Counted from the stretch's first letter, positions 51,383 through 60,441 are shown. The stretch: DNA of 64,000 nucleotides from Candidatus Bathyarchaeia archaeon (GCA_050012255.1 JBEKHN010000006.1:45454-109453), one strand, 5' to 3'. Notes: generated from the sequence alone by a model not told the origin. Program-made: numbers and translations.

Positions 51383-51403
51383 TTCTGAAACTGTGTTTCA
51401 GAA
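51383..51403. promoter_or_regulatory. Perfect 9-3-9 palindrome, candidate operator
   Basis: TTCTGAAAC-TGT-GTTTCAGAA next to the TTTAAG box of the minus-strand wHTH gene. Confidence 0.55.
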
Positions 51404-51552
51404 GTTTTCTCTAGAAGATTGTTTCAAAGAATCGACTCTCAAAACATGCTCACACGCTGAACCTTGGCTGTTGAGACACTCCCCCAACGTCCGGAGCATT
51501 CAGCAAAGGCTTTATCAAAAGCAACTGTAAGGAAGAACGGAGAATACTTGGG

Positions 51553-52392
51553 ATGCGCGAACCAGTCGATTGGGCCCACGTTCTCATTCAATGCAGGAAC
51601 ATCATACAAGAAAAGATCAAACCACTTCTCAAAACGTTGAACCAGCCTCAGCCCAACCTAGGGACAGGAGCAGGTGGCGACCCTGTTAAGAAGATAGACT
51701 TGGCAGCCGAAAACGCCATCGTGAGCACCCTGAGAAAGCAAAAGATCACTTTTACGTTGATCAGCGAAGAATCTGGCATAGTAGAATATGGCGAAAGCCC
51801 TCATCGATGCTACGTTACAGCTGACCCGATAGACGGTACGACCAACCTCATCAGGGGCGCGCCCTTCTACGCGACGTCCATTGCGGTGTCGACGGAACCG
51901 ACTTTAACCAAGGTGCACACAGCCCTCGTGACAGACTTGTTTCACGGCACAACCTACACTGCGCAGAAGGGGTGCGGAGCCTACAAAGATGACCGAAGAA
52001 TAAGACCTTCCACAAGCACTTCGATGGAAGAGGCAGTCATAGGCATCGACTTGAACAGTTACAGGATCCAGAAGATCGCCCCGAGACTCACGAAACTGAT
52101 AGGAAAAACAAAGCATGTGCGACACTTCGGCGCAAACGCGCTCGAATTGTGCTATGTGGCAGACGGCACTATCGATGCCTTCATCGACATCCGCGGAAAA
52201 CTCCGCACAACAGACATGGCAGCCGCGTGGCTAATCATAGAAGAAGCAGGAGCCATAATAACGACCCCACAAGGAGAACCGTTACGCGCCAAGCTTAGCC
52301 CCACGGAGAAAGTGGAGTTTATAGCAGCTGCGAACCCGGAAATGCACAGGAGAATATTCAGCCTGATAAAACCCGAAAAGGAAAAAATATGA
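51553..52392 (+). CDS. Inositol monophosphatase / FBPase class IV
   Basis: SEESG, DPIDGTTN, R.FG..ALELCYVA.G, D.AAA.LIIEEAG. Confidence 0.92.
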   Translation: MREPVDWAHVLIQCRNIIQEKIKPLLKTLNQPQPNLGTGAGGDPVKKIDLAAENAIVSTLRKQKITFTLISEESGIVEYGESPHRCYVTADPIDGTTNLIRGAPFYATSIAVSTEPTLTKVHTALVTDLFHGTTYTAQKGCGAYKDDRRIRPSTSTSMEEAVIGIDLNSYRIQKIAPRLTKLIGKTKHVRHFGANALELCYVADGTIDAFIDIRGKLRTTDMAAAWLIIEEAGAIITTPQGEPLRAKLSPTEKVEFIAAANPEMHRRIFSLIKPEKEKI

Positions 52393-53234
52393 TAGTCCCG
52401 CTTCCACCGTACGCAGCCGCACTGGTCAAGACGCATGGTGCGAGGACAATAGCGATAGCTGACCTCCACATAGGCTGGGAAATGGCTCTTTCCTACAAAG
52501 GCATACACGTTCCAACACAGACGCCGAAGCTGCTAAAGAAACTCAAAGAACTACTGTCCGCCTACAAACCGGATAAACTGCTTATCCTAGGAGACATCAA
52601 ACACACGGTGGCGACCGCTGAAAAAATCGAGTGGCAAGACGTGCCAGACTTCTTCATCGAATTAAGAAAGCACGTAGAGGAAATATCCGTTGTCCGCGGC
52701 AACCACGACGGAAACCTGGAACCCTTACTCCCTGAGAACGTCAAGATGCTACCTGCCACCGGTTCAGCGATGGACGATGTTGGCTTCTTCCACGGACACC
52801 AATGGCCCTCACCAGACCTTCTCAAATGCAGAACTCTAGTCATGGGCCATGTTCATCCAGTTGTAGCTTTTCGGGATCCTGCAGGGTTCAGAGTGACGCG
52901 GCAGGTCTGGGTGAAAGCGCGCTGCAACACAACCGAGCTTACCGAAGTCCTGCTGCGCAAACGGAAGGTCAAGATTGAAAAGAACCCTGAGAAAACGTTG
53001 CACGAATACTACAAGATCAAACCGAAAGCCTCGCAGCTTTTCATAATGCCGTCTTTCAACGACTTCCTAGGAGGAAGACCGCTCAACGAAAGAAGACGAC
53101 TTGGAAAGAATAATGCTGAGATGATTATAGGACCCGTTCTCAGGTCGGAAGCGGTCGACATGAAAAACGCGGAAACGTATCTCCTCGACGGAACCTTCCT
53201 TGGAACGCTTGAACAACTGAAAGCGTTGAGCTAG
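52389..53234 (+). CDS. Calcineurin-like metallophosphoesterase
   Basis: DLH, GD, GNHD, HGH, GHVHP, MPSFN. Confidence 0.92.
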   Translation: MIVPLPPYAAALVKTHGARTIAIADLHIGWEMALSYKGIHVPTQTPKLLKKLKELLSAYKPDKLLILGDIKHTVATAEKIEWQDVPDFFIELRKHVEEISVVRGNHDGNLEPLLPENVKMLPATGSAMDDVGFFHGHQWPSPDLLKCRTLVMGHVHPVVAFRDPAGFRVTRQVWVKARCNTTELTEVLLRKRKVKIEKNPEKTLHEYYKIKPKASQLFIMPSFNDFLGGRPLNERRRLGKNNAEMIIGPVLRSEAVDMKNAETYLLDGTFLGTLEQLKALS

Positions 53235-53293
53235 AGAACAGCGTGCATAAGACTTATAGAGAAAGGCATTCTTCACACTAACTCGGTGATGGA

Positions 53294-53893
53294 ATGCCAT
53301 CAGAAGACGATTACCCAGAATGGCTCAGAAGGAAACGTTCTCCATTCTTCAGAAGCTGGGGTTTTGACGACATCGACAAGATGTTCGAAGAGATGGAGAA
53401 AATGATGGAACAAGAATTCAAGACATTCTCTTCAAGAATCCCAAAAGACTACGTCAGAGAACGCAAGCTTCCAGACGGCTCGACTGCGCGTGAACTGGGA
53501 CCTTTCGTCTATGGCTACAGCGTAAAGATAGGTCCAGACGGAAAACCTGATGTCCACGAGTTTGGAAACGTCAAGCCGACGAGGCACGGGCTCCCCCAGG
53601 TGCAGGAAGAACGCGAGCCGCTAGTGGACATAGTTGAGACAAACGGTGAAGTTCACGTTGTAGCAGAACTGCCGGGAGTTGATAAGAAGGACATCAAACT
53701 CAGCGGGACAGAAGACTCGTTGACCATAGCGGTCGACGCTCCGGAACGCAAGTATTACAAAGAGGTCAAGCTGCCAGTGAAGATAAGGGTAAGAGAAGCA
53801 AAAACAGGGTACAAGAACGGCGTGTTGGAGGTCACGTTTCCCAAAGTCGCGGATGAGAGACACTCCAAAGGTGAACCAATACACGTAGACTGA
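53294..53893 (+). CDS. hsp20: Small heat shock protein Hsp20
   Basis: GPFVYG, REPLVD, AELPGV.K.DI, YKNGVLEV. Confidence 0.95.
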   Translation: MPSEDDYPEWLRRKRSPFFRSWGFDDIDKMFEEMEKMMEQEFKTFSSRIPKDYVRERKLPDGSTARELGPFVYGYSVKIGPDGKPDVHEFGNVKPTRHGLPQVQEEREPLVDIVETNGEVHVVAELPGVDKKDIKLSGTEDSLTIAVDAPERKYYKEVKLPVKIRVREAKTGYKNGVLEVTFPKVADERHSKGEPIHVD

Positions 53894-53945
53894 TTCTTTC
53901 ACACTTTTCAGCTTACTCCAGAACCGCCTAGGTAGTTCACCCGGT

Positions 53946-54356
53946 ATGGATGAAAAATCAGAAATCGACGTACTCAACAGCGTCTGCAAGAAGGCAAAGA
54001 CAGAGGGCAAGCTGACCGGTAAGAACCTGACGAATCTCTACGAGATTTTTGGTCAAAGGTTCACGAGAGCCTTCGAAGCCTTGAAAGAAAACAGGGTGAA
54101 AAAGTATGTCTTCAAGCCTAGCGGCAAAACAGTCTGGATCGTGGTGGGAAGGGAGCGCGACTACCTCATAATGCCTGAAGCTGAGTTCTGCATGTGCGAC
54201 GACTTCTACTTCCGCGTGTTAGACAGAGAAGTGCACCTGTGTTATCATCTCATCGCACAGAAACTTGCCAAGAATCTAGACTGGTACGAGGCCATAGAGG
54301 AGCATGACGAGCTTTACAAATCACTTATGAACGAATGGAAAAAAGCTACTGCTTAA
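53946..54356 (+). CDS. SWIM zinc-finger protein
   Basis: FCMCDDF...LCYH (CxC...CxH). Confidence 0.85.
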   Translation: MDEKSEIDVLNSVCKKAKTEGKLTGKNLTNLYEIFGQRFTRAFEALKENRVKKYVFKPSGKTVWIVVGRERDYLIMPEAEFCMCDDFYFRVLDREVHLCYHLIAQKLAKNLDWYEAIEEHDELYKSLMNEWKKATA

Positions 54357-54372
54357 ATACTTAAGCAGTGAC
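54345..54372. other. dif/att-like 11-6-11 inverted repeat
   Basis: GCTACTGCTTA-AATACT-TAAGCAGTGAC; the inner 8 bp of the arms are perfectly inverted; lies between the host gene and the recombinase stop codon. Confidence 0.55.
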
Positions 54373-54375
54373 ATT

Positions 54376-55854
54376 TTACTTTAAACCCATAAACCTTTTT
54401 GGTTTTCTGTAGAAGTGAATTCCCCTCATTTCGTCATACTTGACGAATCCAGTTTGCCCTAGCTGCTTCACTTCTTCCTCTGTTGTTGCTGTCGCTATTT
54501 CAAAGTCTTCGTCTTTGAATTCCAATGTATGAATGTACTTCATTGTGTTCTGAACGCTCTTGTGTCTCAGCAGTTTCTTGATGGTTAAGACGTTGCCGTT
54601 TGTGTAGTGCGCTAGCATTGAACCGCCCCAATGCCGGTACGACTTGAAGGAGATCTCGAGTAATTTTGGGTTCTGGAGTTTCACGGAAGCTCTTTTTCTA
54701 AGTGCCTGCAGGCATTGGTGAATTACTGCATACGATGTTGGGAACACTAGCTTACTTGTCTTGGGAAGTGCGTTCAACATTGACAGTAGTCTATTTGAAA
54801 CTTCCACTTGCCCGGGCAAATGTCCTTTGACTGGGTGATTTATCGTTACTATGTTGTCTTTGATGTCTCGCCATTCTAACCTCAAGATTTCTCCTGGATC
54901 AGCGAAGGTCTCTTTCAAGCATTGCAGATAAGCGGCCATTCTCTTGCTCTGTGTCGAATTGATGAGTGCGTCCAGGTCTTTTTCGTCTGGAACGTACATT
55001 ATGGTTTCTTGCTGTTTGTATCGGGGTTTTGTCCATGTGATGTTTTCCATTCTGCAAAACTGATCGTAGGCATAGGTAGCCAACATTTTAACGCTGTCTT
55101 TCCATTTGTGCCTGGCAATCTTTGTTTTCACGTCTTCGGGATCATGTAGGTTAGCACCGTCCTTGACGAGGGCCCGCATTAAGTCCATGTAGGAAGTGTC
55201 TCTATAGTAACCTTGTCTCTCCAGATGTGCAGCGTATTTGACCAGTGAGCCTTTAGCGTCTTGTGGTATTTCTCCCGCAACAGTCTTGATTTCTGTTGCA
55301 GTGCTCAAGTTTTTCGCTTCCTTGTCGGTAACGCATACTTGGCCATCACTATACTTGGAAAGCAAAGGATATAAGCGTTTTCCACCAACAGTGATAGATG
55401 GTGATTTCGCATGAAAAGCTACATCTTCTCGGTCAAGGAGAGAAGAGCTGTTGAGGCTTTTCTCGAAGGAAAACTTAGAATGACAGACCATTTTCTCTCT
55501 CAGATCAGAACGAGAACCAAACAGTTCACTCGCTTGAGAGAGGACGTTGACCTCTACGCCAGATTGGTTCAAAGACTCGCTGAACCTGAAACCACAGTTT
55601 CTGCACAAGAACCTCTGAATTGACCTTTGACCTTTGTACCTGAACCCATCCTTGTAGACTCTCTGAGATCCACATTGAGGGCAATTGGGAAACTGTGCGA
55701 GCAGCTCAGGCTTCTGATGAGCCGACTTCCCTCTTCTTTTCTCGCTTTTGCCAAGTATGCTTTCGCTGGTGGAAGCAGCTTTTTCCCTGCCCAAATCAAC
55801 CATCATCATGAACCTCTTAGTCTCAACCTCATGGGAAGGTTGCAACATCTGCAT
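54376..55854 (-). CDS. Tyrosine recombinase with N-terminal Zn ribbon and atypical active site
   Basis: CPQC..YKDG.R...QRFLCRNC; ETFADPGE, VKG, KSYRH, LRH, KYIH. Start codon uncertain. Confidence 0.85.
   Translation of the reverse strand: MQMLQPSHEVETKRFMMMVDLGREKAASTSESILGKSEKRRGKSAHQKPELLAQFPNCPQCGSQRVYKDGFRYKGQRSIQRFLCRNCGFRFSESLNQSGVEVNVLSQASELFGSRSDLREKMVCHSKFSFEKSLNSSSLLDREDVAFHAKSPSITVGGKRLYPLLSKYSDGQVCVTDKEAKNLSTATEIKTVAGEIPQDAKGSLVKYAAHLERQGYYRDTSYMDLMRALVKDGANLHDPEDVKTKIARHKWKDSVKMLATYAYDQFCRMENITWTKPRYKQQETIMYVPDEKDLDALINSTQSKRMAAYLQCLKETFADPGEILRLEWRDIKDNIVTINHPVKGHLPGQVEVSNRLLSMLNALPKTSKLVFPTSYAVIHQCLQALRKRASVKLQNPKLLEISFKSYRHWGGSMLAHYTNGNVLTIKKLLRHKSVQNTMKYIHTLEFKDEDFEIATATTEEEVKQLGQTGFVKYDEMRGIHFYRKPKRFMGLK
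55411..55623 (+). CDS. Putative nested antisense small protein inside the recombinase gene
   Basis: TATA-like ATATAAG at 55369, GGTGAT SD at 55400, ATG; helical basic 70-aa product. Confidence 0.6.
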   Translation: MKSYIFSVKERRAVEAFLEGKLRMTDHFLSQIRTRTKQFTRLREDVDLYARLVQRLAEPETTVSAQEPLN

Positions 55855-57122
55855 CTTACGAGCTTGCCAATGTCATGGTCGTTGTAGTCGAATGACCAAC
55901 CGCATTTGGGGCATCTCCCGTAATGCTTGTTATCAAGTGTAACCTCGATTTCCTTTTCAGCGGGTTGGCTTGCTTCTTTTTCCACTTTCGGCTTTTTCAA
56001 GGCAAGAGACTCAACGATAACGTCGATTCCTGCGGAGAAGTTCTTCCACAAGGGGTCATCGTAGACTTCTTTGAACTTTTGTTTTGACGATTCCTCTTTC
56101 TTTTTGAAGCGTTCCTTAGCGTCTTTCCCATAGTATTTCTCAATTGCGTTCCTACAGATCTCTTCTCCAGCCCTCAGCGTTGCGTCGCTTTTGAAAAGCG
56201 CATTTGACTCACACTTCCTTCTCCCATACCTGTCAATATAGCCATAATCACGTGATTCTCTTCCAGAACCCGTCTTGAGGTTCTCTATCCATGTTAGATT
56301 ATGCCTGTCGACGTCGTCCTTGTTCAAGCCAAACCTTTCAATTACCAGCCCAGATGGGCTCCAGCCTGTCCCTCTTTCGCAATCCTCAAGGTTTTCACGA
56401 AACATATCCGTAATCTTGAGTCCGGCTGGGTCATGATCGTAGAATAACAATACGACAGGCGTTAGGCCATTGGCCTCAGCTCTCTGAGAGAGGCTTGCAA
56501 TATGGCTTCTCAGTAGAATCGGCGCCCATCCTTTTGAGGAGACTATGGGAACGCGGTATTCATCACAGATCGGTTTGAACAGGCTCAGAAGGTCTCCCTT
56601 TTCAACACACATCATAACGTAGTACTCTTCGCGAAGCCAGTACTCAGTAGTGTACGATGGTAAGTTCTCCAGCATCCTTGAGACTTCGTCTTTTATGTTA
56701 TGAAGGCACTTAGATGGGTCTGACGCTTCAATGATTCCTTGGAATCGCCTTGTCTCGTCTTGGTCTTCCCTTACGAAGTCTACTGGTAGAAGCCCAGTTT
56801 TCCTGCAATCGTTGATTGCTTTCTGACATGAATCAAACTCTCCTTTGTGGATTTTCCCTAGCCCTTCAAGGAGATAGCACCATCCCCTTGACGAATACTT
56901 TACGGGGTTTGTTCTCTGAGAGTCTATCGCTTTTATTTCGTCTGCGAAGTCTTTGAGTCTCAGCTCGTAGGCGTCGTCTTCAATTTGACCGTGAGGAACC
57001 CATGACACCGGTCTCGGTGGCGGTGGAGGATGATACACTCTTGGAGTCTTTGGGATGGGTAGAACTTTGTTGAAGGCCTTCTCCATGAGGGAGCTTATGC
57101 TCTCGTCCTGCTGGCTACTCAT
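55806..57122 (-). CDS. Topoisomerase VI A / Spo11-like protein (wHTH + TOPRIM) with C-terminal Zn ribbon
   Basis: SSRGWCY (R...Y), VEK, SKG, YDHDPAG (DxD), CPKC...CRCC. Confidence 0.78.
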   Translation of the reverse strand: MSSQQDESISSLMEKAFNKVLPIPKTPRVYHPPPPPRPVSWVPHGQIEDDAYELRLKDFADEIKAIDSQRTNPVKYSSRGWCYLLEGLGKIHKGEFDSCQKAINDCRKTGLLPVDFVREDQDETRRFQGIIEASDPSKCLHNIKDEVSRMLENLPSYTTEYWLREEYYVMMCVEKGDLLSLFKPICDEYRVPIVSSKGWAPILLRSHIASLSQRAEANGLTPVVLLFYDHDPAGLKITDMFRENLEDCERGTGWSPSGLVIERFGLNKDDVDRHNLTWIENLKTGSGRESRDYGYIDRYGRRKCESNALFKSDATLRAGEEICRNAIEKYYGKDAKERFKKKEESSKQKFKEVYDDPLWKNFSAGIDVIVESLALKKPKVEKEASQPAEKEIEVTLDNKHYGRCPKCGWSFDYNDHDIGKLVRCRCCNLPMRLRLRGS

Positions 57123-58524
57123 TCAGACCACTCTTTCCATAGTTCAGCCATTTCAGAACTGGGCAAACAAGATGGGCTACAACTGTAACGGGCATGTCTT
57201 TGCTGATATTCACCCTGCCTAAATGGTAGTTGATGTTGTATATTCTGGAGAAGATGTCTTCCATTGAAGCCATGAAGTTGACGCATTGATAGACTTTGAG
57301 TCCTTCTTGGTCGTCCCTCTTCCTGTCGAAGACTGCGAGCTCTATCAGGTATGGAAACTCGACGTGTTTTTCATTACGGCATGGTCCGTCACCATGGTGA
57401 TACTCGGTGCACTCTACTTTGATCCCGGGCATTACAACATACCTTAGCCTCTCCCACTCGTTCTGTTTACGGACCTCCTCGAACGATTCTTCTCCTACAA
57501 CCCCCAGAACCGACGAAATGCTTCTCTTGGAAATTGGCTTTGCCTTCGACCTCATAGCCGCAAAGAGTTTTGACACATTTTCCTTCGGTAAGTCTTTGAT
57601 GTGTGTGGCGGGGAAAAACTGCACAGCGCTGTTTTCCCCAGAATCATGATTCTCAGAGTTGAGTTTTTGCAGAATTTCCCCGATGACTTTCCTTGAAGTG
57701 AATCCTCTGAAGAGGGCAACGAACTCTTTCAGCTGTGTTTCTGGTTTTGCCCTGACAAAGTCTTCAAAGAGCGATTCAAACTGTTTTTGAGTGTACCATA
57801 AAACCGATGTTTCCTGTCTGATGGCTTTCCCGCCTTCTGTTGAGCCGGTCGTTCCCTTTTCAACGCCGAAGATCTTGTAGGAGATTTTCCGTGTAGGGCT
57901 GACCATGCCCGTCGCAAAGATCAGGTCTTTTAGCACCGACGGTCTGGAAGGATGGGTTCTTTGACATTGTTCGCTGGTTATGTCATCTTTGGGGAACTTC
58001 ACAATGAATGTAGTGAGGCCGTCGTCTTCTCTCTTTGTGGTCACAATCTTCGAGCCGATAACTCCTTTGACCCTATCTGGGTTCAGAGTGATCATGTATT
58101 CATGGTTGGCGGACTTTACTATGATGTCGCGTGGACTAAGTCCCTTCGACTCAGCAAGCGCGTAGGAGTAGCCGAAGATGCATTTCAAAGCGTTTCCAAG
58201 ATAACCCCGCGAAACACGTAGGAATCCTCTCTTCGACGAAGCCTTGTTTTCAAAGTCAAGTATCAACCTAATCTCTCTTAAAGAGAGTTTCTTGCCGCCG
58301 TTGTCTCCAACAGCCATGCAGTAAAAGTCTCCCTCAACTTGTATGTCAATGTCTATTTCAGTTGCATCTTTGTCCAGGGCATTGCAGAGCATTTCTCCTA
58401 AGGCAAATTTGAGAACCGAGTCTGGGCTAATACCAGTTCTCTTCCTCAATTCATCAAGAATTACAAAGTCGAGTCCACGGGTTGTGCCGGGTCGAATTAT
58501 GTCTCCAAGCGTAGCCACGGTCAA
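57115..58524 (-). CDS. Topoisomerase VI B-like GHKL ATPase
   Basis: EMLCNALD, GDNG, SSK...RGYLGNAL, GLTTF Bergerat-fold motifs; overlaps the A-like gene. Confidence 0.8.
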   Translation of the reverse strand: MTVATLGDIIRPGTTRGLDFVILDELRKRTGISPDSVLKFALGEMLCNALDKDATEIDIDIQVEGDFYCMAVGDNGGKKLSLREIRLILDFENKASSKRGFLRVSRGYLGNALKCIFGYSYALAESKGLSPRDIIVKSANHEYMITLNPDRVKGVIGSKIVTTKREDDGLTTFIVKFPKDDITSEQCQRTHPSRPSVLKDLIFATGMVSPTRKISYKIFGVEKGTTGSTEGGKAIRQETSVLWYTQKQFESLFEDFVRAKPETQLKEFVALFRGFTSRKVIGEILQKLNSENHDSGENSAVQFFPATHIKDLPKENVSKLFAAMRSKAKPISKRSISSVLGVVGEESFEEVRKQNEWERLRYVVMPGIKVECTEYHHGDGPCRNEKHVEFPYLIELAVFDRKRDDQEGLKVYQCVNFMASMEDIFSRIYNINYHLGRVNISKDMPVTVVAHLVCPVLKWLNYGKSGLNE

Positions 58525-58557
58525 ACGTTCATCCCTTCGCCGTATTTTCTCAAGAGT

Positions 58558-58743
58558 TCAATGCGTCTCCGGGGCCGCATAAATTGCCACGTAAACGTTC
58601 AGTTCCGGGAAAAACTTCAAAGCGCATATAGGCGGATTCTGTTGAGAACGCTCACGCTTGCGAGCCTCAGCCCTAGCCACTGCTAATATGGCACCGACTT
58701 CCTTTGTGTTTTCGTTTGGAACTATGACCAGAGCCTTCAACAT
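58558..58743 (-). CDS. Small hypothetical protein
   Basis: Fills the gap in the co-oriented operon; AGTGAT upstream of ATG. Confidence 0.4.
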   Translation of the reverse strand: MLKALVIVPNENTKEVGAILAVARAEARKRERSQQNPPICALKFFPELNVYVAIYAAPETH

Positions 58744-58786
58744 TCGGGATCACTTTCCAGCGCGTTTGGAAACACACTCAAGATAG

Positions 58787-59527
58787 CTAGACAACAAATC
58801 CACGATCCTCCCTAGGCTTAACACTCCGAGCGCAATCAACAACTGAGCTCAAAGCCACATTAAGAGACTCTAAGAGCCTACTACACTCTTCGACTGCTTT
58901 GGTGGACTTCTCGGCATAGTCGGGATACCAAAAACTGATCTCTATTCCTGTGGGGTGTGATGAATCTCCAGTTGTCAGTTCGATACCGTTAGACTCTCTG
59001 AGAAAATCCACCTTCCGATGAGGCAGTTTTGCGCCGACATCTACAACCAGACTGGCTCCACGAAACGCAAGAGATTCCACAATACTATTGAACATACTGA
59101 GATCTTCGATTAGGTCATTCTTGAAGAATGCGTTTGCCAATAACTGATTAGCATGTCCTCTTGTAGGAGAGCGCACGAATACTCTGACTGTTCCATTGAC
59201 ATGCCACTCCAATCGACCTAAGGGTTGCTTCCATACAAGCATATGATTCTTGGCCTTAGTCGATAACCACCCACATGATAGAGCCTTCTCCCTATCCGCA
59301 CAGTTGGCAGTTGTAACGCCATGAACATTGTGAAGATTTAGGCATTTTAGGCGTAGCCTATCTTCCGAGTGACACTTCCACTCACTTCTCAAATTCCTGA
59401 CATAATGCCCATGCTTTTTATAGTCTATTTCCAATAACTTGCACAAGTTCTGGGGCATCAGTGATGGATTTTGCCTTAGCTTCTCGAATACTTGCGCTTT
59501 GAGAGTTGAAATGTCACCTGCTGTCAT
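58787..59527 (-). CDS. Hypothetical mobile-element protein with N-terminal HTH-like region
   Basis: 246-aa ORF directly after the RHH gene; HNVH and GDSSHP motifs. Confidence 0.7.
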   Translation of the reverse strand: MTAGDISTLKAQVFEKLRQNPSLMPQNLCKLLEIDYKKHGHYVRNLRSEWKCHSEDRLRLKCLNLHNVHGVTTANCADREKALSCGWLSTKAKNHMLVWKQPLGRLEWHVNGTVRVFVRSPTRGHANQLLANAFFKNDLIEDLSMFNSIVESLAFRGASLVVDVGAKLPHRKVDFLRESNGIELTTGDSSHPTGIEISFWYPDYAEKSTKAVEECSRLLESLNVALSSVVDCARSVKPREDRGFVV

Positions 59528-59534
59528 ATGTCAA

Positions 59535-59684
59535 TCAACTTTTCGAGGTTAGAAACTGCTCTAGGGCTGCGCGGACAGCTTGGCTTAGATTCTTGAATTT
59601 GCCCTCTCTAATGAGTCGCTCCATCCGTTGTCTTTCTTCTTTCGATAATCGGAATGCGATTCTTTCTCTGTATTCTGCTATCAT
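59535..59684 (-). CDS. Ribbon-helix-helix (CopG/MetJ-like) regulator, 49 aa (not in the ORF track)
   Basis: MIAEYRERIAFRLSKEERQRMERLIREGKFKNLSQAVRAALEQFLTSKS. Confidence 0.88.
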   Translation of the reverse strand: MIAEYRERIAFRLSKEERQRMERLIREGKFKNLSQAVRAALEQFLTSKS

Positions 59685-59736
59685 AGGCGACAAAATTGTC
59701 AAACTTTAAGTAAAGCGTAATCTGAAATTCTATGAT

Positions 59737-60441
59737 ATGTCCACCATTTCAATAGCTGAAACGTTGAAACTATATGGCAAATGGACAAAAGCTACAGACT
59801 TTGAGAATTTTGTTTCAACGAAACGGAAGATCACAGTGAGACATGCACATAATCTAATCAAGAAAGCTGTGGTTAACAGGGAGATCCTTAGAGTCCAGCT
59901 TTCAAATGGAACAGTTCTTTACGGATTGCCAGAATTCGGACCTACGGAGTCCAGTTTTATGGTTGAAGGTAAGCGTGTCGATAGTCAAAAACAGACTCGA
60001 TACAGTCGTCCGAAGGTAGATTTTGAGATAACTCAAATGATATACGATCGTCAGAACCACTGCTATTTGCCACCGCACTCTAGACGTCCGTTTCCTAGTG
60101 TCGGGTTTAATATATTCAATCGGAATGACTACCCGATAAGAGTCAGAGTTGAGGTGTAAATGATTCTTGGAGGAAGAAACCTTGGCTTGATTCCAGACGC
60201 AAAAGGATACTATAATGGAAAGGCTGAAATGGGATTCGAACCTGAACCTGATGGGCTTGTAAACGGGAACTTCAGCGTTTCTGAAGAATGTGCTAAAAGT
60301 GATGAGGAGCTTACCTTAGAGGTAAGAGTGACTGTGATTGATCCCGACAATAGAGAGTGCGAATTGCTTCCAAAAAGCTGGACTTACATAAGAGAGAAAG
60401 TCTATTGGTATTATGAACCCAAGCAGTTCACAAAAGAGTGA
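59737..60441 (+). pseudogene. One gene interrupted by an in-frame TAA (HTH-like N-terminus + Ig-like beta domain)
   Basis: ORFs 59737-60159 and 60160-60441 are in the same frame and separated only by TAA, in the middle of a beta-strand pattern. Confidence 0.6.

Noticed and set aside
60157-60159. Selenocysteine or pyrrolysine recoding
   Set aside because: The interrupting codon is TAA, not TGA or TAG.
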